Shown here in pieces: positions 14,986 through 28,084 of a DNA stretch of 64,000 bases (the first letter of the stretch is position 1; the number at the start of each line of letters is the position of its first letter). The DNA is from Eledone cirrhosa. Taxonomy: Eukaryota. The position numbers were made by a program, and so were the translations under genes. Under the pieces are notes generated by a model. The model had not been told where the DNA came from. It searched no databases and was given only the letters and a program-made list of their open reading frames with translations. The stretch covers positions 41,478,001-41,542,000 of the forward strand of contig OZ024757.1 in NCBI GenBank assembly GCA_964016885.1, written 5' to 3'.

Positions 14986-15104
14986 AATATGTAATTGGTA
15001 TACATTAAGTTTAAGCCCTATAGCAGGAGGAAGAAACTTGGTCGTCACAATTGTCTAATCTAAAAGTCCTTGAAACATACGCACTTATACACATAGACAG
15101 TATA

Positions 15105-15870
15105 GGTATGTGTGTCTGTGTATAGATATGTGTGTGTGTGTGTGTAGATATGTGTGTGTGTGTGTGTAGATATGTGTGTGTGTGTGTGTGTGTATAGATA
15201 TGTGTGTGTGTGTGTGTATAGATATGTGTGTGTGTGTGTGTGTGTGTGTGTATAGATATGTGTGTGTGTGTGTGTATAGATATGTGTGTGTGTGTGTGTG
15301 TGTGTGTGTATAGATATGTGTGTGTGTGTGTGTATAGATATGTGTGTGTGTGTGTGTGTGTGTGTGTATAGATATGTGTGTGTGTGTGTGTATAGATATG
15401 TGTGTGCATAAAAACTGATATATATTTACTTACAAAATACATATTCATGCAAGCATACACTCATAGTAGTGTAGTGAGGTGTTGTTTGTGGTGTGGTGTG
15501 GTGTGGTGTAGTGTAGTGTTGATGGTGGTGTAGTGTAGTGTGTAGTGTAGTGTGGTGTGTAGTGTATTGTGGTGTGTAGTGTATTGTGCTGTAGTGTAGT
15601 GAGGAGTGGTGTGGTGTTGTTTGGTGTAGTGTATTGTGGTGTAGTGAAGTGATGCAGTGGTGTAGTGTGGTGTGATGTGGTTTGGTGTATTGAATAGCAG
15701 TAAGATGTGGTGTAGTGCAGTGTGGTATATTGTAGTGTGGTGTAGCTTGGTGTATTGTATAGCAACAAGGTGTGGTGTAGTGTGGTATATTGTGGTGTAG
15801 TGTGGTGTAGTGTGGTATATTGTGGTGTAGTGTAGTGTGGTGTAATTTGATATAGTGTAGTGTGGTGTGG
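15105..15870. repeat. TATAGATA(TG)n array followed by (GTAGT/GTGGT)n pentamer array
   Basis: Direct observation. Confidence 0.9.
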
Positions 15871-15965
15871 TGTAAAGATTAGAACATTTTATTTAACTTT
15901 AAGCAAATATGTAATTTACGATATTCCAAAATTTTATTTTATTATATTACTTCTTATGTTGCCAG

Positions 15966-16117
15966 GTACTGCTGCGACTGCTGTTGCACAGATGTGGCCA
16001 TTCTGTGCAGTAGTGGTGATGTTGTGTCAGTATTTAGATTCTTGCCAAACCAGAATACAGAATACGGCCCCGTTTCAACCTAAATTCAATTATGTTCTTA
16101 ATACTCTTGAGAAATGA
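15966..16117 (+). CDS. Candidate terminal coding exon with a hydrophobic segment
   Basis: Long T-rich tract and TTGCCAG acceptor; phase 1 matches exon 5460-5567, giving GTAATAVAQMWPFCAVVVMLCQYLDSCQTR...EK*; AATAAA at 16190. Confidence 0.45.
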
Positions 16118-16667
16118 TATAACATTTTGAATTCTTGGTGATTCTACCCCTGCCACCCACCCCCTCCTCCTATAAATCTAAATGGAAGAAATAAACATTA
16201 TATATGTATGTGTGTGTATAGATATATATATATGTATATATATATGTATATATATATGTATACACATACACTCAAATATATATATATATATATATTTATT
16301 TATGTGAGTATGTATATTTATGTTTATATAAGTTCATAAATTTATGTATATATGGGTGTGTATATATATATATGTATGTATGTATATTGAGATTTATGTC
16401 TGTTATAGTTCTAATTCCCATCCCCCATCACCACCACCAATACCACCACCATCACCACCACCACCAATACCACCACCACCACTACCACCACCACCACCAC
16501 CCTGTCCTTTTAAATACATGTCTACAATTGATTTTTACCATTCTGTTTTGTTCCAAAACTCCTCCAGATTATGAATCTCTCAAGACCAATAATGGCAACT
16601 TAATAAGATGAATTCTAACAGTGGCACCACAGTGATGGCTGTGTCATTAGGGAGTTAGTTTCACAAA

Positions 16668-17104
16668 TTGGATACATTAAAGCTCCGACATCTGGCAACT
16701 GAATTAGTAAACAGCCACAACAAACTTATTAACCATGTTTCCAGCAACAACCCGGAACACCTTTCTGAATTCCATATGTCTAACACTTATGGACATGCCT
16801 ACAAAATCAGAAAAGAGCACAGCTCCCATGATGTTTCGAAACATGTTTCCATGCTCAGAGTTGCTGAAACATGGTACAAACTACCTGCATCAGTTGTTAG
16901 CTGCCGAGACACTGCATCCTTCAAAACCTCCATGCTTCCCGAAATTTGCCAACACTACACCTGATATTCCCCTCCATACACATGCACACATCTGTCCGTA
17001 TGTATATCATAACTCATGCACTGTTCACTTTCTTGACATTTGTACATTATTCTATGTACTGTATATGCAGCTTAGATGAGATGTAGTGCACCTGAGCACT
17101 GTAC

Positions 17105-17154
<50 letters not shown>

Positions 17155-17302
17155 CACACACGTATCTGTGTGTATATCATGACTCGTACACTGTTCACTT
17201 TCCTGACATTTGTACATTATTCTATGTACTATACATGCATCTTTGATGAGTTGTAGTGCACCTGAGCACTGTACACAATAATTTTCAGTATTATTATTAT
17301 TA
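16668..17302 (+). mobile_element. CR1/L2-clade LINE 3' end with a tandemly duplicated 3'UTR
   Basis: ORF ...GHAYKIRK...LRVAETWYKLPASVVS...SFK matches the typical CR1-type C-terminal motif (RV...WN.LP..VV...FK); UTR repeated at ~16975-17110 and ~17150-17280; (ATT)n tail. Confidence 0.8.
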
Positions 17303-18239
17303 TCTGTGGATCCCTTTATGGAAGCAGACTAAGAAAAAAAAGAATAAGAAAAAGTAGAAAAATTTATGTTCCAGAAACACACCATCTTAATGTGTTTATA
17401 TTTATCTAAAGCCTTTCATCATAAATTTATGTAAGAACCTTTGCTAAGTTATGTTCCAATGTTCCAGACACCAACCAAATAATGAATAATAAGAAATTTG
17501 GTTATATATTTCTAAATCATCTCCAAACTCTTGAATATTTTCTAAATTATTTGAAATACCTTGGCAGTATCTTTTATTGGAAATATGGAAATGAAAGGGT
17601 TAAAATGTTTCTCTGTGTGTCAGAAGACAGCTAGCACCTACTCCCCCCCCCCCCACTACACATATTTATACACATACACACACATATAAACACACACATC
17701 CTCTCATTCTTGCTATAAGTTCTGTTACACTTTGAGAAAAACACTCAAATTTCAACTTGTGACATTCCAATATTTAGAAGACAGATTACTTCCTTGGAAG
17801 GGAAATTGGTCAAATGTTTCTTTGAGTCAATAAATGTTCAGTCATCGTTCTTATTCTGTGTCCAATAGAATGGCGATTATAACTGAGGGAGAACACGTGA
17901 TGTTGAAATTACGATTCCTACATCGTATACTCTGAATAATTTGGATGTTAACCAAAACCACTTTTCCTTGCAAGACCACGTCTGTTTACCTACACAGATT
18001 TTATATTAAAAATGACAAATCACTTTCTTAACTCTGTACAGAACCAAACTTAATTCTATACACTGTCAGCTCCCGGAATATAGGAACCATACATTTATTG
18101 ACAAGAAGAATTGCAAAAAGCAACAGGAAAATTGCTATGTGCAATATTTAGTTCTGTCTATCTGTATTTTTTAGTTCAAATTCCACTGAGGTTTGGATGT
18201 GAAGTCAACTGTACCTTTTTATCCTCTAAGTCTAAAATT

Positions 18240-18455
18240 TGTTGCAAGCCTGGTGGCTCATCAGAGCAGTACTTATCCTGGTTTCCATGGCATGAAGTGA
18301 CTGAGAGTACAAGACTTCCACCTGGACAGGATGCCAGTCCATCTCTGGGCTAAACCCCAAGCTATTGCTGGTACTCATTTTCAGCTGAACATACTCGAGC
18401 AACGTGAAATGAAATGTTTTGCTCAAGATCACAACACACAATCCAGTCCAAGAAC
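18240..18455 (-). mobile_element. SINE with V/Deu-like central motifs
   Basis: Minus strand GTGTTGTGATCTTGAGCAAAACA...CAGCTGAAAATGAGTACC...GATGGACTGGCATCCTGTCCAGG...GAAACCAGGATAAG. Confidence 0.7.
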
Positions 18456-18484
18456 TGAGGGCCTTTATATATATATATATGTAT

Positions 18485-18620
18485 TTATTTCTCATTCTTT
18501 CTTCTGATGAAGGACTAGCGTCCGAAACGTTAAGACACTCTTCCTGTTATATCAAGCGTTAACCTAATATATCCTTTCCATATACTGTATCGATTGTGTT
18601 GTTATTTCTGTTTACGTTCT
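18485..18620 (+). mobile_element. Penelope-like pseudo-LTR fragment (family H2)
   Basis: ~135 bp shared with 49473-49610; contains a hammerhead core. Confidence 0.6.
18500..18535 (+). ncRNA. Minimal hammerhead ribozyme motif (family H2)
   Basis: TCTT-CTGATGA-A-GGAC-TAGC-GTCC-GAAA-CGTT-AAGA: helix II GGAC/GTCC, palindromic AACGTT helix III, helix I TCTT/AAGA. Confidence 0.75.
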
Positions 18621-18645
18621 ACATACATATATATATATATATAAA

Positions 18646-18760
18646 GGCACATGGCTGAGTTGTCAGAGAATTGGATTCACAATCGCGAGGTTGTGAGATC
18701 AATTTCTGGACAAGGTGATGTGTTATGTTCTTGAGCAAGACACTTTATTTCACGTTGCTT
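18646..18760 (+). mobile_element. tRNA-headed SINE 5' part (family S2)
   Basis: GGCACATGGCTGAGTTG head, degenerate B box, TTCTTGAGCAAGACACTTTATTTCACGTTGCT shared with 22592 and 54170. Confidence 0.7.
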
Positions 18761-19992
18761 CTTCTTCCTGGACTTGCAACCAGTAGATAGTATTAGCAAC
18801 TGGAAAGACCAATGGAAACATTGTTTCCTAGGTCCAATTTGATGATCGATTGCCAATATATATATGGTGGGGGTCTGTGTTTCTGTGTCTGTATTTATGG
18901 TTTAAATCTGTCTGTGTGTCTTGTAACTTAGCAATTCAACAAAAGAAGATAAATAGATGTACCTGGCTTGAAAGCATAAGTCCCTGGGGGTGGATATGAT
19001 GAATGAAATAGCTAAAACCATATCATAGAAGAAGTGTAGTAGCAACATTGATGTCAGAAATATGATACATCTTTTGTAAAGTGGACACCTCAACCATTCA
19101 ACCATTTTGGTCATTTGTCTGGTCAAAGTAATTATTTTATTCTACAGAGTTCCTCATTCACTTTTTCCAAATTTTTATGTTTATTATTTTATTTTTATTT
19201 TTTACTTTTATTTTTGTTATTTTTATTTTCATTTTTGTTTTTATTTATATATTTTTAGGTTTATTTAATTTTCATTTTTATTTTCTCTATTTTATTTTCA
19301 TTTTGTATTTTTTATTTTTATTTTTAATTCATTTTTACTTTATATTTTTTTTTTTTTTTTTTTTATTCTAATTTTATTATGTGTCGTTGTTGCTGCTGCT
19401 GTTGTTTTTACTTCTCAATTTATCTTCTCTCTGTATAGCAGCGGCTGTTAAAATTCTCGACAATAGCTAACACCTGTGGTTTGTTTGGTTGCACAGTAAC
19501 TGTGGCCTTTCAACAGAATATTGTTGCAATATTTAGCCTGGCTTGCTGCCTTTTTGGCTCGAGAGCTGTTTATTAAATGTCCTAAAATAATCAATGCGAT
19601 GCTCTATAGAGAATCTTTTAGAATAATGGTAATAGTTACATTAGAGATTAGCAAATGATAATTGACAGAGCTGTGTAAGAGAGGAAATTAACTGAACTCT
19701 TTCTGGTCAACAATAGAATAGACTGAACACTTTAACGGTCAACTTTAAAAGTTAGTCTTTTGATGAAGTTTTTGTTTATCACTCTAAGGAGTGAAAAGAC
19801 AGATTATTTAAGTCATAACAATTTATATATATTGTATGTCTGTATATATATATATATATATAGATAGATAGATGTATATATATATATATATAGATATATA
19901 GACACAAACACACATATATGTATGTGTGAGTGTATACATATACACACAATAGATATTGCTAGCAGGGAAAGCAGACATTAAAATGACAATGA

Positions 19993-20030
<38 letters not shown>

Positions 20031-20425
20031 TTCTCATCCCATCATCATCATCATTGTCCTTTTAATTATATATATATATCATCATTGTCGTTTTAATGTC
20101 TGCTTTCCCTGCTAGCAATATCTATTGTGTGTGTATATGTATACACTCACACATACATATATGTGTGTTTGTGTGTGTATATGTATGCACACACACATTC
20201 ATATATATGTGTGTGTGTGTCTATATATCTATATAACATATATATACATCTATCTATCTATATATATATATATAAATGTGTGTGTGTACTTAAAGAAATG
20301 ACCACAGAACCACAGAGTGATGTAAAAGCACAAAGTCTTATTTCAATCAGTCTTAGGAGGAAGTAGGGGAGTGTTTGGCACTTTGGACATAAGCCCTTCT
20401 GCAGCAAATACAGGTTCCAATGTAC

Positions 20426-20458
<33 letters not shown>

Positions 20459-20461
<3 letters not shown>

Positions 20462-20952
20462 TCATCATCATCATCATCATTTAAACATCCATCTTCCACG
20501 CTTGCATGGGTTTGGACGGGAATTTTCCCACTTGAGGCAAGATTGGTTGTCCTGCTCGTATAGGACTGTCTGGCGGGTTTTCTATGGCTGGATGCCCTTC
20601 CTAACACCAACCACGTTTACAGTGTGGACTGGGAGGTTTTTACCGTGTTACCTACACGGCCACATTACAGCGTGGACTGTGTGTTTTTTTGTCGTGACAC
20701 CTACACGACCTCATTTATTTTGGACTGGATGTTGTGGTACCAACATAACTTGACATCGAAAAAAGGGGTGGTGTGGATGGGGTGGGGTAGTGGGACGGGG
20801 GGGAGGTATTTTTGTTAGAGGTGCCTACTGACTGTAGGTTTCGCTTTGTACTTAGGCAAGGCGGGTCTTCTGTATTACTGTGTAACGCCAAAGATCTCGG
20901 TCCAGTGACATTGTCTTGGAGAGGTGTAAGTGTGTGAGGTCGGAATTTATCA
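20459..20952 (-). mobile_element. RTE-clade LINE 3' end (family RTE-A)
   Basis: INSDLTHLHLSKTMSLDRDLWRYTVIQKTR; 3'UTR containing GGTGTTAGGAAGGGCATCCAG; (GAT)n tail ending in (TA)n. Confidence 0.85.
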
Positions 20953-20968
20953 TATATACAAAAACATA

Positions 20969-21000
<32 letters not shown>

Positions 21001-21146
21001 GGCATAAAATGATAATAATAATAATAATGGTGGTGTTTATAATGATGACATTGATGGTGGTGGTGGTGGTGGTGGTGGTGGTGGTGGTGAGGTTGGTGGT
21101 CATGATTTCTTGCAGCTTCTGTTAAAATCTTTTACTGTTTCTGCAG

Positions 21147-21170
21147 AGACAAGAATTTGATTATTTATAG
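21147..21170 (+). other. Candidate 24-nt micro-exon
   Basis: TTTTACTGTTTCTGCAG acceptor and AG|GTAAGC donor 24 nt apart. Confidence 0.35.
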
Positions 21171-21650
21171 GTAAGCAGGTAGGACCTACTTACCTAATAA
21201 CAGAGAAACATAAATAAAATAAAACAAAAGAAAATAAATTACAAAAAGTAAGAAAAAAAAAAAGAAGATAAGAACGAAGAATGAAAAAATTTTTTTTTTT
21301 TTTTTTCTGAAACGTCAAATAAAGTAAATTAGCATAAGGAATAAAAAGTCTAATGCTTCTGGCACTTTCTACTTCTTCTCTCCCTGTACTCCCTTCCTCT
21401 TCTCTTCCTCCTCCTCTCCCTTCCTCTTCCTTTTCCTCTTCCTTTTCCTCTTCCTCTTCCCTTCCTCTTCCTCCTCCCTCTCCTCTTCCTCCTCCTCCTT
21501 CTCCTCGTGGCAATCGATTTAATTCTTCAACATACCAACAAACTTTCCTTTTAGATTTATTGGTACTGACACACCCCTAGACACACGCACACACACACGC
21601 ACATGCACACACACATGCACACACACATGCACACATACACACACACCCAG

Positions 21651-21682
<32 letters not shown>

Positions 21683-21837
21683 GCACACACACACATTCAT
21701 TTACCAGTTTCCACACAGTAGTCCCAAATATTTTAACATGTTTTACTATATTGTAGTAACTCTTCTGAGACTAAACCACACAAAACTTACTCTGCTTCTG
21801 TGAATTAAAACCACTCATTTTAACCCTAGTGATAATA

Positions 21838-22025
21838 ATTGTTTCTACTTTTGGCACAAGGCCAGCAATTACCCAGTGCATTACTGGTACTTTATTTTAT
21901 CGACCCCATAAGGATGAAAGGCAAAGTTAACCTCGGCAGGATTTGAACTCAGACCATAAAGGGCCATAACTCTTTACTGCAAAGCATAGCATCCGACCCT
22001 CTACCGATAAAGCCAATACCCGCCC
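21838..22025 (-). mobile_element. SINE S1 full copy
   Basis: Reverse complement of 128-312. Confidence 0.85.
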
Positions 22026-22131
22026 TAGTGATAATAATCCACACAAAAATACCTGTTTTGTTTTTTATTAAATAAACCTTGTTTTAATATGAGGTATTCA
22101 ATCTTTCGAGACTCATCTACCCAAAACCAAT

Positions 22132-22245
22132 GCTGGTTTTATAAAATATAACCCTGGTTTTATAAAATATAACCATGTTTTTGTGAAATATAACCCTGGT
22201 TTTATGAAATATAACCCTAGCTCTGTGAAATAAACCTTTGTTCTA
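22132..22245. repeat. 21-bp minisatellite, ~5 units
   Basis: CTGGTTTTATAAAATATAACC. Confidence 0.8.
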
Positions 22246-22591
22246 TGAAAAAAGCCCCCTATTTTAACACTAATGACATTAACTCACACCAAAACTAGAT
22301 TTGGTTCTTTAAAATAAACCTTGTTTAAATATGGAGTATTAAGACTTTTGAGACCAACCATTTAAAACTGGTTCTGGTTCTATTAAATGAAACCACCCAT
22401 TTTAAAAGGTTTCTATTTAAATCAAAATCTTCCAACATAATTTTATAGAAGAATCACATGTTTAGTTACTACCTTAGTAAGGAAATAATCAATAATTTTA
22501 GTAAATCTCTCAAGAATTCGTTAATAATTAATTGAGATAGAGTGTATTTCATTGAGAGTATAGTCAAGAAAGGATTAGATCAAGGTAATAT

Positions 22592-22740
22592 CTGGCTTTG
22601 TGGTCACAGTGTTTGACTCATGATTTCGAGGTCATGAGTTCAATTCCTGACTAAATTTTATGTTGTATCCTTGAAGAACATGTTTTATTTCATATTGTTT
22701 CAGTCCACTCATCTTGCCAAAAATGTGTTGTATATGTAAT
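22592..22740 (+). mobile_element. Degenerate SINE S2
   Basis: B box GAGTTCAATTCC followed by TGTTGTATCCTTGAAGAACA...CAGTCCACTCA. Confidence 0.6.
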
Positions 22741-22764
22741 ACAAAGAGAGATCCTTGTCACATA

Positions 22765-22990
22765 CAGTGCTGGACTTACTTATAAGGTATAGCTTAGGGC
22801 CACACTGTTGGGGCCGCATTATAACCAGTGCTGGGCTTACTTATAAGGTATATAAGGTATAGCTTAGGGCCACACAGAATTAGGTGGGCCTCATTCTAGT
22901 CAGTGCTGGTCTTACCTATAAAGTAAATAAGGTATAGCTTAAGGCCATACACTGTTGGGGTCTCATTGTAGCCAGGGCTGAATTTACCTA
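22765..22990. repeat. ~60-75-bp tandem repeat, ~3.5 units
   Basis: CAGTGCTGG.CTTAC...TAAGGTATAGCTTAGGGCCACAC repeated. Confidence 0.8.
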
Positions 22991-24249
22991 TATGCACACA
23001 CAAACACATACACACACATATATACATACAGACAAACACACGTGCAGAGACACATACATAAAATAGCAAAAATAGTTTTACTAGAATTATTGTGAATTTT
23101 GTGTCACACACACAAAGACACACATAAACACACTCATACAGACCCACACAGACCCACACAGACCTACACAGACCACACAGACACACATAAACACACTCAT
23201 ACAGACCCACACAGACCCACACAGACCTACACACACACATATAAACACACTCATACAGACCCACACAGACCTACACAGACACATATAAACAATAATAGTT
23301 AAGAAAATAGCAGAAATGGTTTTATCAGAATAATTGTGAAGTTTGTCTGCAAAGTTGCAAGAAGAACATTATGAGGTTCTGTGTGAAATAGTTGGCGCCA
23401 TGAAGGGCATTGAGCCATGACTCCACCACATCAATTTATATATCTCCTGGAGCAGAACATGTAGACTGCCATAGTCATTAGGAGATCAGGGTCACCAGAT
23501 ACTTATGTACATTGATGGTGGTGGTCGTGGTGGTGGTGATATTGATGGTTTTGATATTGGTGGTGATGGTATTGATGTTGGGGAGGGTAATGGTGGTGGC
23601 GTTAGTGATGGTATTGATGGTGTTGGTGATGATGGTATTGGTGATGATAATATTGGTGGTGGTATTGATGGTTTTGGTGATGGTAATGGTGGTGGTATTG
23701 GTGTTGATGATGGTGGTGGTGATGATGGAGGCGGATGATGGTGGTATTGATGGTTTTGGTGATGGTGGTAGTGATGGCGGGGGTATTGATGGTGATGGTT
23801 ATTGATGGTAATGAAGGTGGTGGTGGTAGTGATAGCAGTGGTAGTAGTGTTGTGATGGTTGTGGTGATGATGGTGGTAATGTTGATGGTGATGGTGGTGA
23901 TGGTGGTGGTATTGATGGTGATGCTGATGGTGATGATGACATCTATGGTATTGGTGGTGGTGTTCAGGATCAACAGTTATTTCTACACATTTGTGGCAGT
24001 GCCAAATTTAAGGAAGACCAAAGTTTGGAAATATCTGACGACCCATATCAGTTGAAACAGAACAGCAATACCGATAACGATGAGGGTGGTATGGGTGGTG
24101 GTAGTGGTGTTGTTGGTATGGGTGGTGGTAGTGGTGATGATGGTGGTGGTGGTGGTATTGGCAGTGATGATGGTGAAGGTGGTATTCCAAGTGAGAGCAG
24201 CCAAGTTCATAGATGTTAGCCAACCATCTTGCTCGAGACCTACCCCTGG

Positions 24250-24600
24250 GTCTCCTGGAGTGACTCTCTGATCTCTAAGCTACACATTCTTTCCTAAGAC
24301 ATTCTAACCACATATCCATAGTATTGGAGCTGTGATCTCTCAATTCGGAGAAGTAGCGGGTCTACCTGGAGTGACTCTCTGGTCTCCGAGCCACAAATCT
24401 ATCCAGCGGTTCTTTCCTAAGACATTTTAAGCACATGTCCATAATATCAAAGCTGTGTGCTTTCAATTTAGAGAAGTAGCAGCTCTACCTGGAGCTAATC
24501 TCTGATATCAGAACTATACATTCTTTCTTGAGACATTCACACGCTCATAGTATCTGAGCTATGATATGATCTCTCAATTCGGAGAAGTAGCAGCTCTACT
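24250..24600. repeat. ~115-bp tandem repeat, 3 units
   Basis: CCTGGAGTGACTCTCTG...AAGACATT...CTCTCAATTCGGAGAAGTAGC repeated. Confidence 0.8.
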
Positions 24601-25974
24601 CAAACATAAGCCAATCCTCCCACGCCCTTCCCAACAATTCTACCATTGATCTTTTGGTCCCATATTCCTCTATTTATATTCAAATATATATACAGTGACT
24701 ATTAACCATGCCCCTTTCAGACACCACCACACACCACCCCCTATTTCGATGGTTCAATACAGCTATTGACTCATTACCATTTAAATAGATTTAGTTTTTG
24801 TTTTTTTTATTCCATTTTACGCTTTTTTTTTTTTTTACAAAGATATTGTTTTTTCTTTCTTATTTCCTTCTTCTGACAAGAAATATATTTTATATTATCT
24901 TTTGCTGATTTCCGAGATATTGATTGGCTTTTACTGATAAATAAATATCAATCAATCTGACGAGATGAGATTTGTTGTTGGTCAGATCCATGATGAGAAA
25001 CATGTGGATAGTTGTGAGGGGTGGCGTGGGGTGACTGTGGGTGAGGTGGGGTGACTGTGGGTAGGCTGTTGTGGGGAGTTTTTTGTAACATGTAGTGGAT
25101 GGGATGGGATGGGATGGGATGCTCCATATCAACAATTAGTGTTATAGCCACTGCCAACAACACAAACACCATCACAACAACCACTACCACCGCCACCACT
25201 ACCACCACCACTACCACCGCCACCACTACTACTTCTATCACTCTGATTATGAACACTACAACCACTACCACCACCACCACTTTCACCACTGTCCTTGCCA
25301 TCACCACCAATGTCTTGACCTCCATAACCCCTGCAACCCCACCATCACCCCATCCCCACCACCACCCCACCACCACCACTACTACCACCACTACCACCAC
25401 CACCACCACCGCCATCACCCCTCCCCACCACCACCGCCATCACCCCCTCCCCATCACCACCACCACCACCCCTCCCCTCCACCACCCCACCACCACCACC
25501 ACTACCACCACCACCACTGTAGAAATCTCATTAACAATATCAATATCCCGTCTGTGTACAAAAAGATAAATTTACCAAGAGTTTCTCCAAAGATCAACAA
25601 GTTGGTATCTTTCTGTTGTTGTTGTTGTTGTTTAGGGGGTGGCGTAGGAGGTAGGGAGGGGTAGGGGATGGGGGCGGGGCTTCTGGTTTAATTGAAAAAT
25701 TTGGAGAAAATAATTGTTGGAAGATTAACCATCATTGTCATCATCATCATCACCATCACCATCATTGTGACATCATCATCCTCACCATCACTGTGACATC
25801 ATCATCATCACCATCACCATCATTGTCATCATCATCATCACCATCACCATCATTGTGACATCATCATCATCACCATCACCATCATTGTGACATCATCATC
25901 ATCACCATCACCATCATTGTGACATCATCATCATCGTAATTATATTTATTCTCGTTACTATGATTTCATTATCT

Positions 25975-26195
25975 GACAAGAAATGTTGCTGTGTTGGACA
26001 AAGTACTTTTAAGGTATTTAGTATTTAGTCCCAGCCCTTTACAATCTGAGTTCAAATCCTGCTAAGGTCAGCTTTGCCCTTCATCCTTACAGGGTTCGAT
26101 AAAATAAAGTACCAGTAATGCACTGGGGTCAATTTAATCGACTTTCCCTTTCACCGACAATTGCTGGCCTAAATCAAGTGCCTAAATCAGAAACC
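25975..26195 (+). mobile_element. SINE S1 variant copy
   Basis: GAGTTCAAATCC...TTCATCCTTACAGGGTTCGATAAAATAAAGTACCAGTAATGCACTGGGG. Confidence 0.75.
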
Positions 26196-27554
26196 ATTAT
26201 CATCATCATCATTAACCCCACCACCACCACTGACACCACCACCACCAACACCATCACCACCACCACCAACACCATCACCACCACCAACACCATCACCACC
26301 ACCACCAACACCACCACAACCACCAACACTACCACCATCCCTACACCACCAACACCACTGACACCCCCACCACCCCAACACTACCAACAACACCACCACC
26401 ACCACTGACACCACCACCACCGACACCACCACCACCACCACTACCACCATCACTACCACCCCAACACTTTACTCAAAAAGAAAAAGAAAAAAAAAGGGGT
26501 TTTATATAATTATGGGATGAAAGGAATATAAAATGGTTTAATTACTATAAATATTAATTAAAGGGGTTTTATATAATTTTCATCAAGTGGGTCAAATGAA
26601 GCATTTATAATTATCAAAATGTATTGACGATCAATTTAATTCATTTTTTTTTAACGAGTTGGAAGTGGTTAAAGTGCTTGTTGTTGTTGATGATGATGAT
26701 GTTGCCGATGATGATGGTGATGGTGATGGTGATGGAGGTGTTGGTGATGATGTTGATGATGATGGCGGTGTTGATGATGATGATGTTGTTGCTGATGATG
26801 ATGATGTTGCTGTTGTTGATGTTGTTGATGTTGATGGTGGTGTTGATTCTGTTAGGGCCCTCATTAATTTTGCAACCTTGTAACTGCAACTGGTTTAAAT
26901 GCTAAATGGTTAAACCCATATATCATCTCCATCATCATTGTTTTAACGTCTGCTTTCCCAGCTAGAAAGTTTTAGCCGGGTCTACATAAACCAGATCAGT
27001 ACTGAATCAGAGCTACTGATCTCTCAGGCAGGCCAGAGATCTGTGTTTCACTTTACGTAAATAATATACGGTAACGAAAGAGTTAAATTTAATTACACAA
27101 TCACTCTATGCACCTACCTATACTTGCCTATTTTAATTTCACATTCTCTTCATGAATATCCTCACACCTGTCTTGATTTTAGTTGAGAATAACCAATACA
27201 CTAACTGCATCATTTCCCTTTGAAAAGGTGGAAAAGGTGTGAAACTTTCAGCTAATGGTTTCCTCTATGTTACAACTCTTAACATTTCTCTAATTAAGAA
27301 ATTGTTATTATGATTGGCAGCAAGACTAAGTGCATAAGAAATTAAGTATCTCTTTCTAAATTTCTCAGATTTTGTACATTATAAATATTGTTTAACTTTC
27401 CGTGGACTTGAGTGAATTTGAAGCCTAAAGCAAACTAAACCAGAAAATTGTTTGCTAAATAAATTATGGTAAGTAACTGAGATAGCAGTGTTTGCAGGAT
27501 TTATTTACATATACATATGGACCTGACTAAATGCACCTCATCCAATGTGTAAAT

Positions 27555-27835
27555 TGGTCGTGTTGGTGACATGACAAAAAGCACCCAGTACACTCTGTAA
27601 AGTGGTTGTGCTGGTGACATACGTAAGATCTCCCAGTTCACACTGTAAGGTGGTCATGCTGATGATTCGACAAAAAGCACCCAGTCCACCCTGTAAGGTG
27701 TTTTTACTGGTGTCAGAACAAAGAGCTCCTAGTCCACACTGTTAGGTAGTCATGCTGATGACTCAACAAAAAGCACCCAGTCCACCCTGTAAGGTGGTCG
27801 TGCTGATGACTAGACAAAAAGCACCCAGTCCACAC
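27555..27835. repeat. ~58-bp minisatellite derived from the RTE-A 3'UTR
   Basis: Units AAAAAGCACCCAGTCCACCCTGTAAGGTGGTCGTGCTGATGAC match 53124-53160. Confidence 0.75.
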
Positions 27836-28084
27836 CAAAAGGCCCTCAAATCCTTGTGTGTAACCAAAAGCTATTTTGACCAGATAAGACTACAGGAGGA
27901 CTGCCAAGGGTTTGATAGAGTAGACATCCCTCTACAATAATGTGGTATCAAAAAAATCCCCCTGAAATGCCAGATTAAAGAGACAAGAGGGTGATTAAAG
28001 AAGTACTTTTGTCAGGTGAGGTTGTAGGACTGGTTCCAACACCTGTAATTATGGAAAACAGAAACCAAAATGTAGGGCAAGAGA

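Noticed and set aside
17340-17603. Possible piggyBac-like MITE end (AAAGGG-TTAA)
   Set aside because: No matching left terminus was found
18244-18268. Minus-strand CTGATGA-GCC-ACCA-GGC as a hammerhead
   Set aside because: No GAAA after the stem; it is part of a SINE tail
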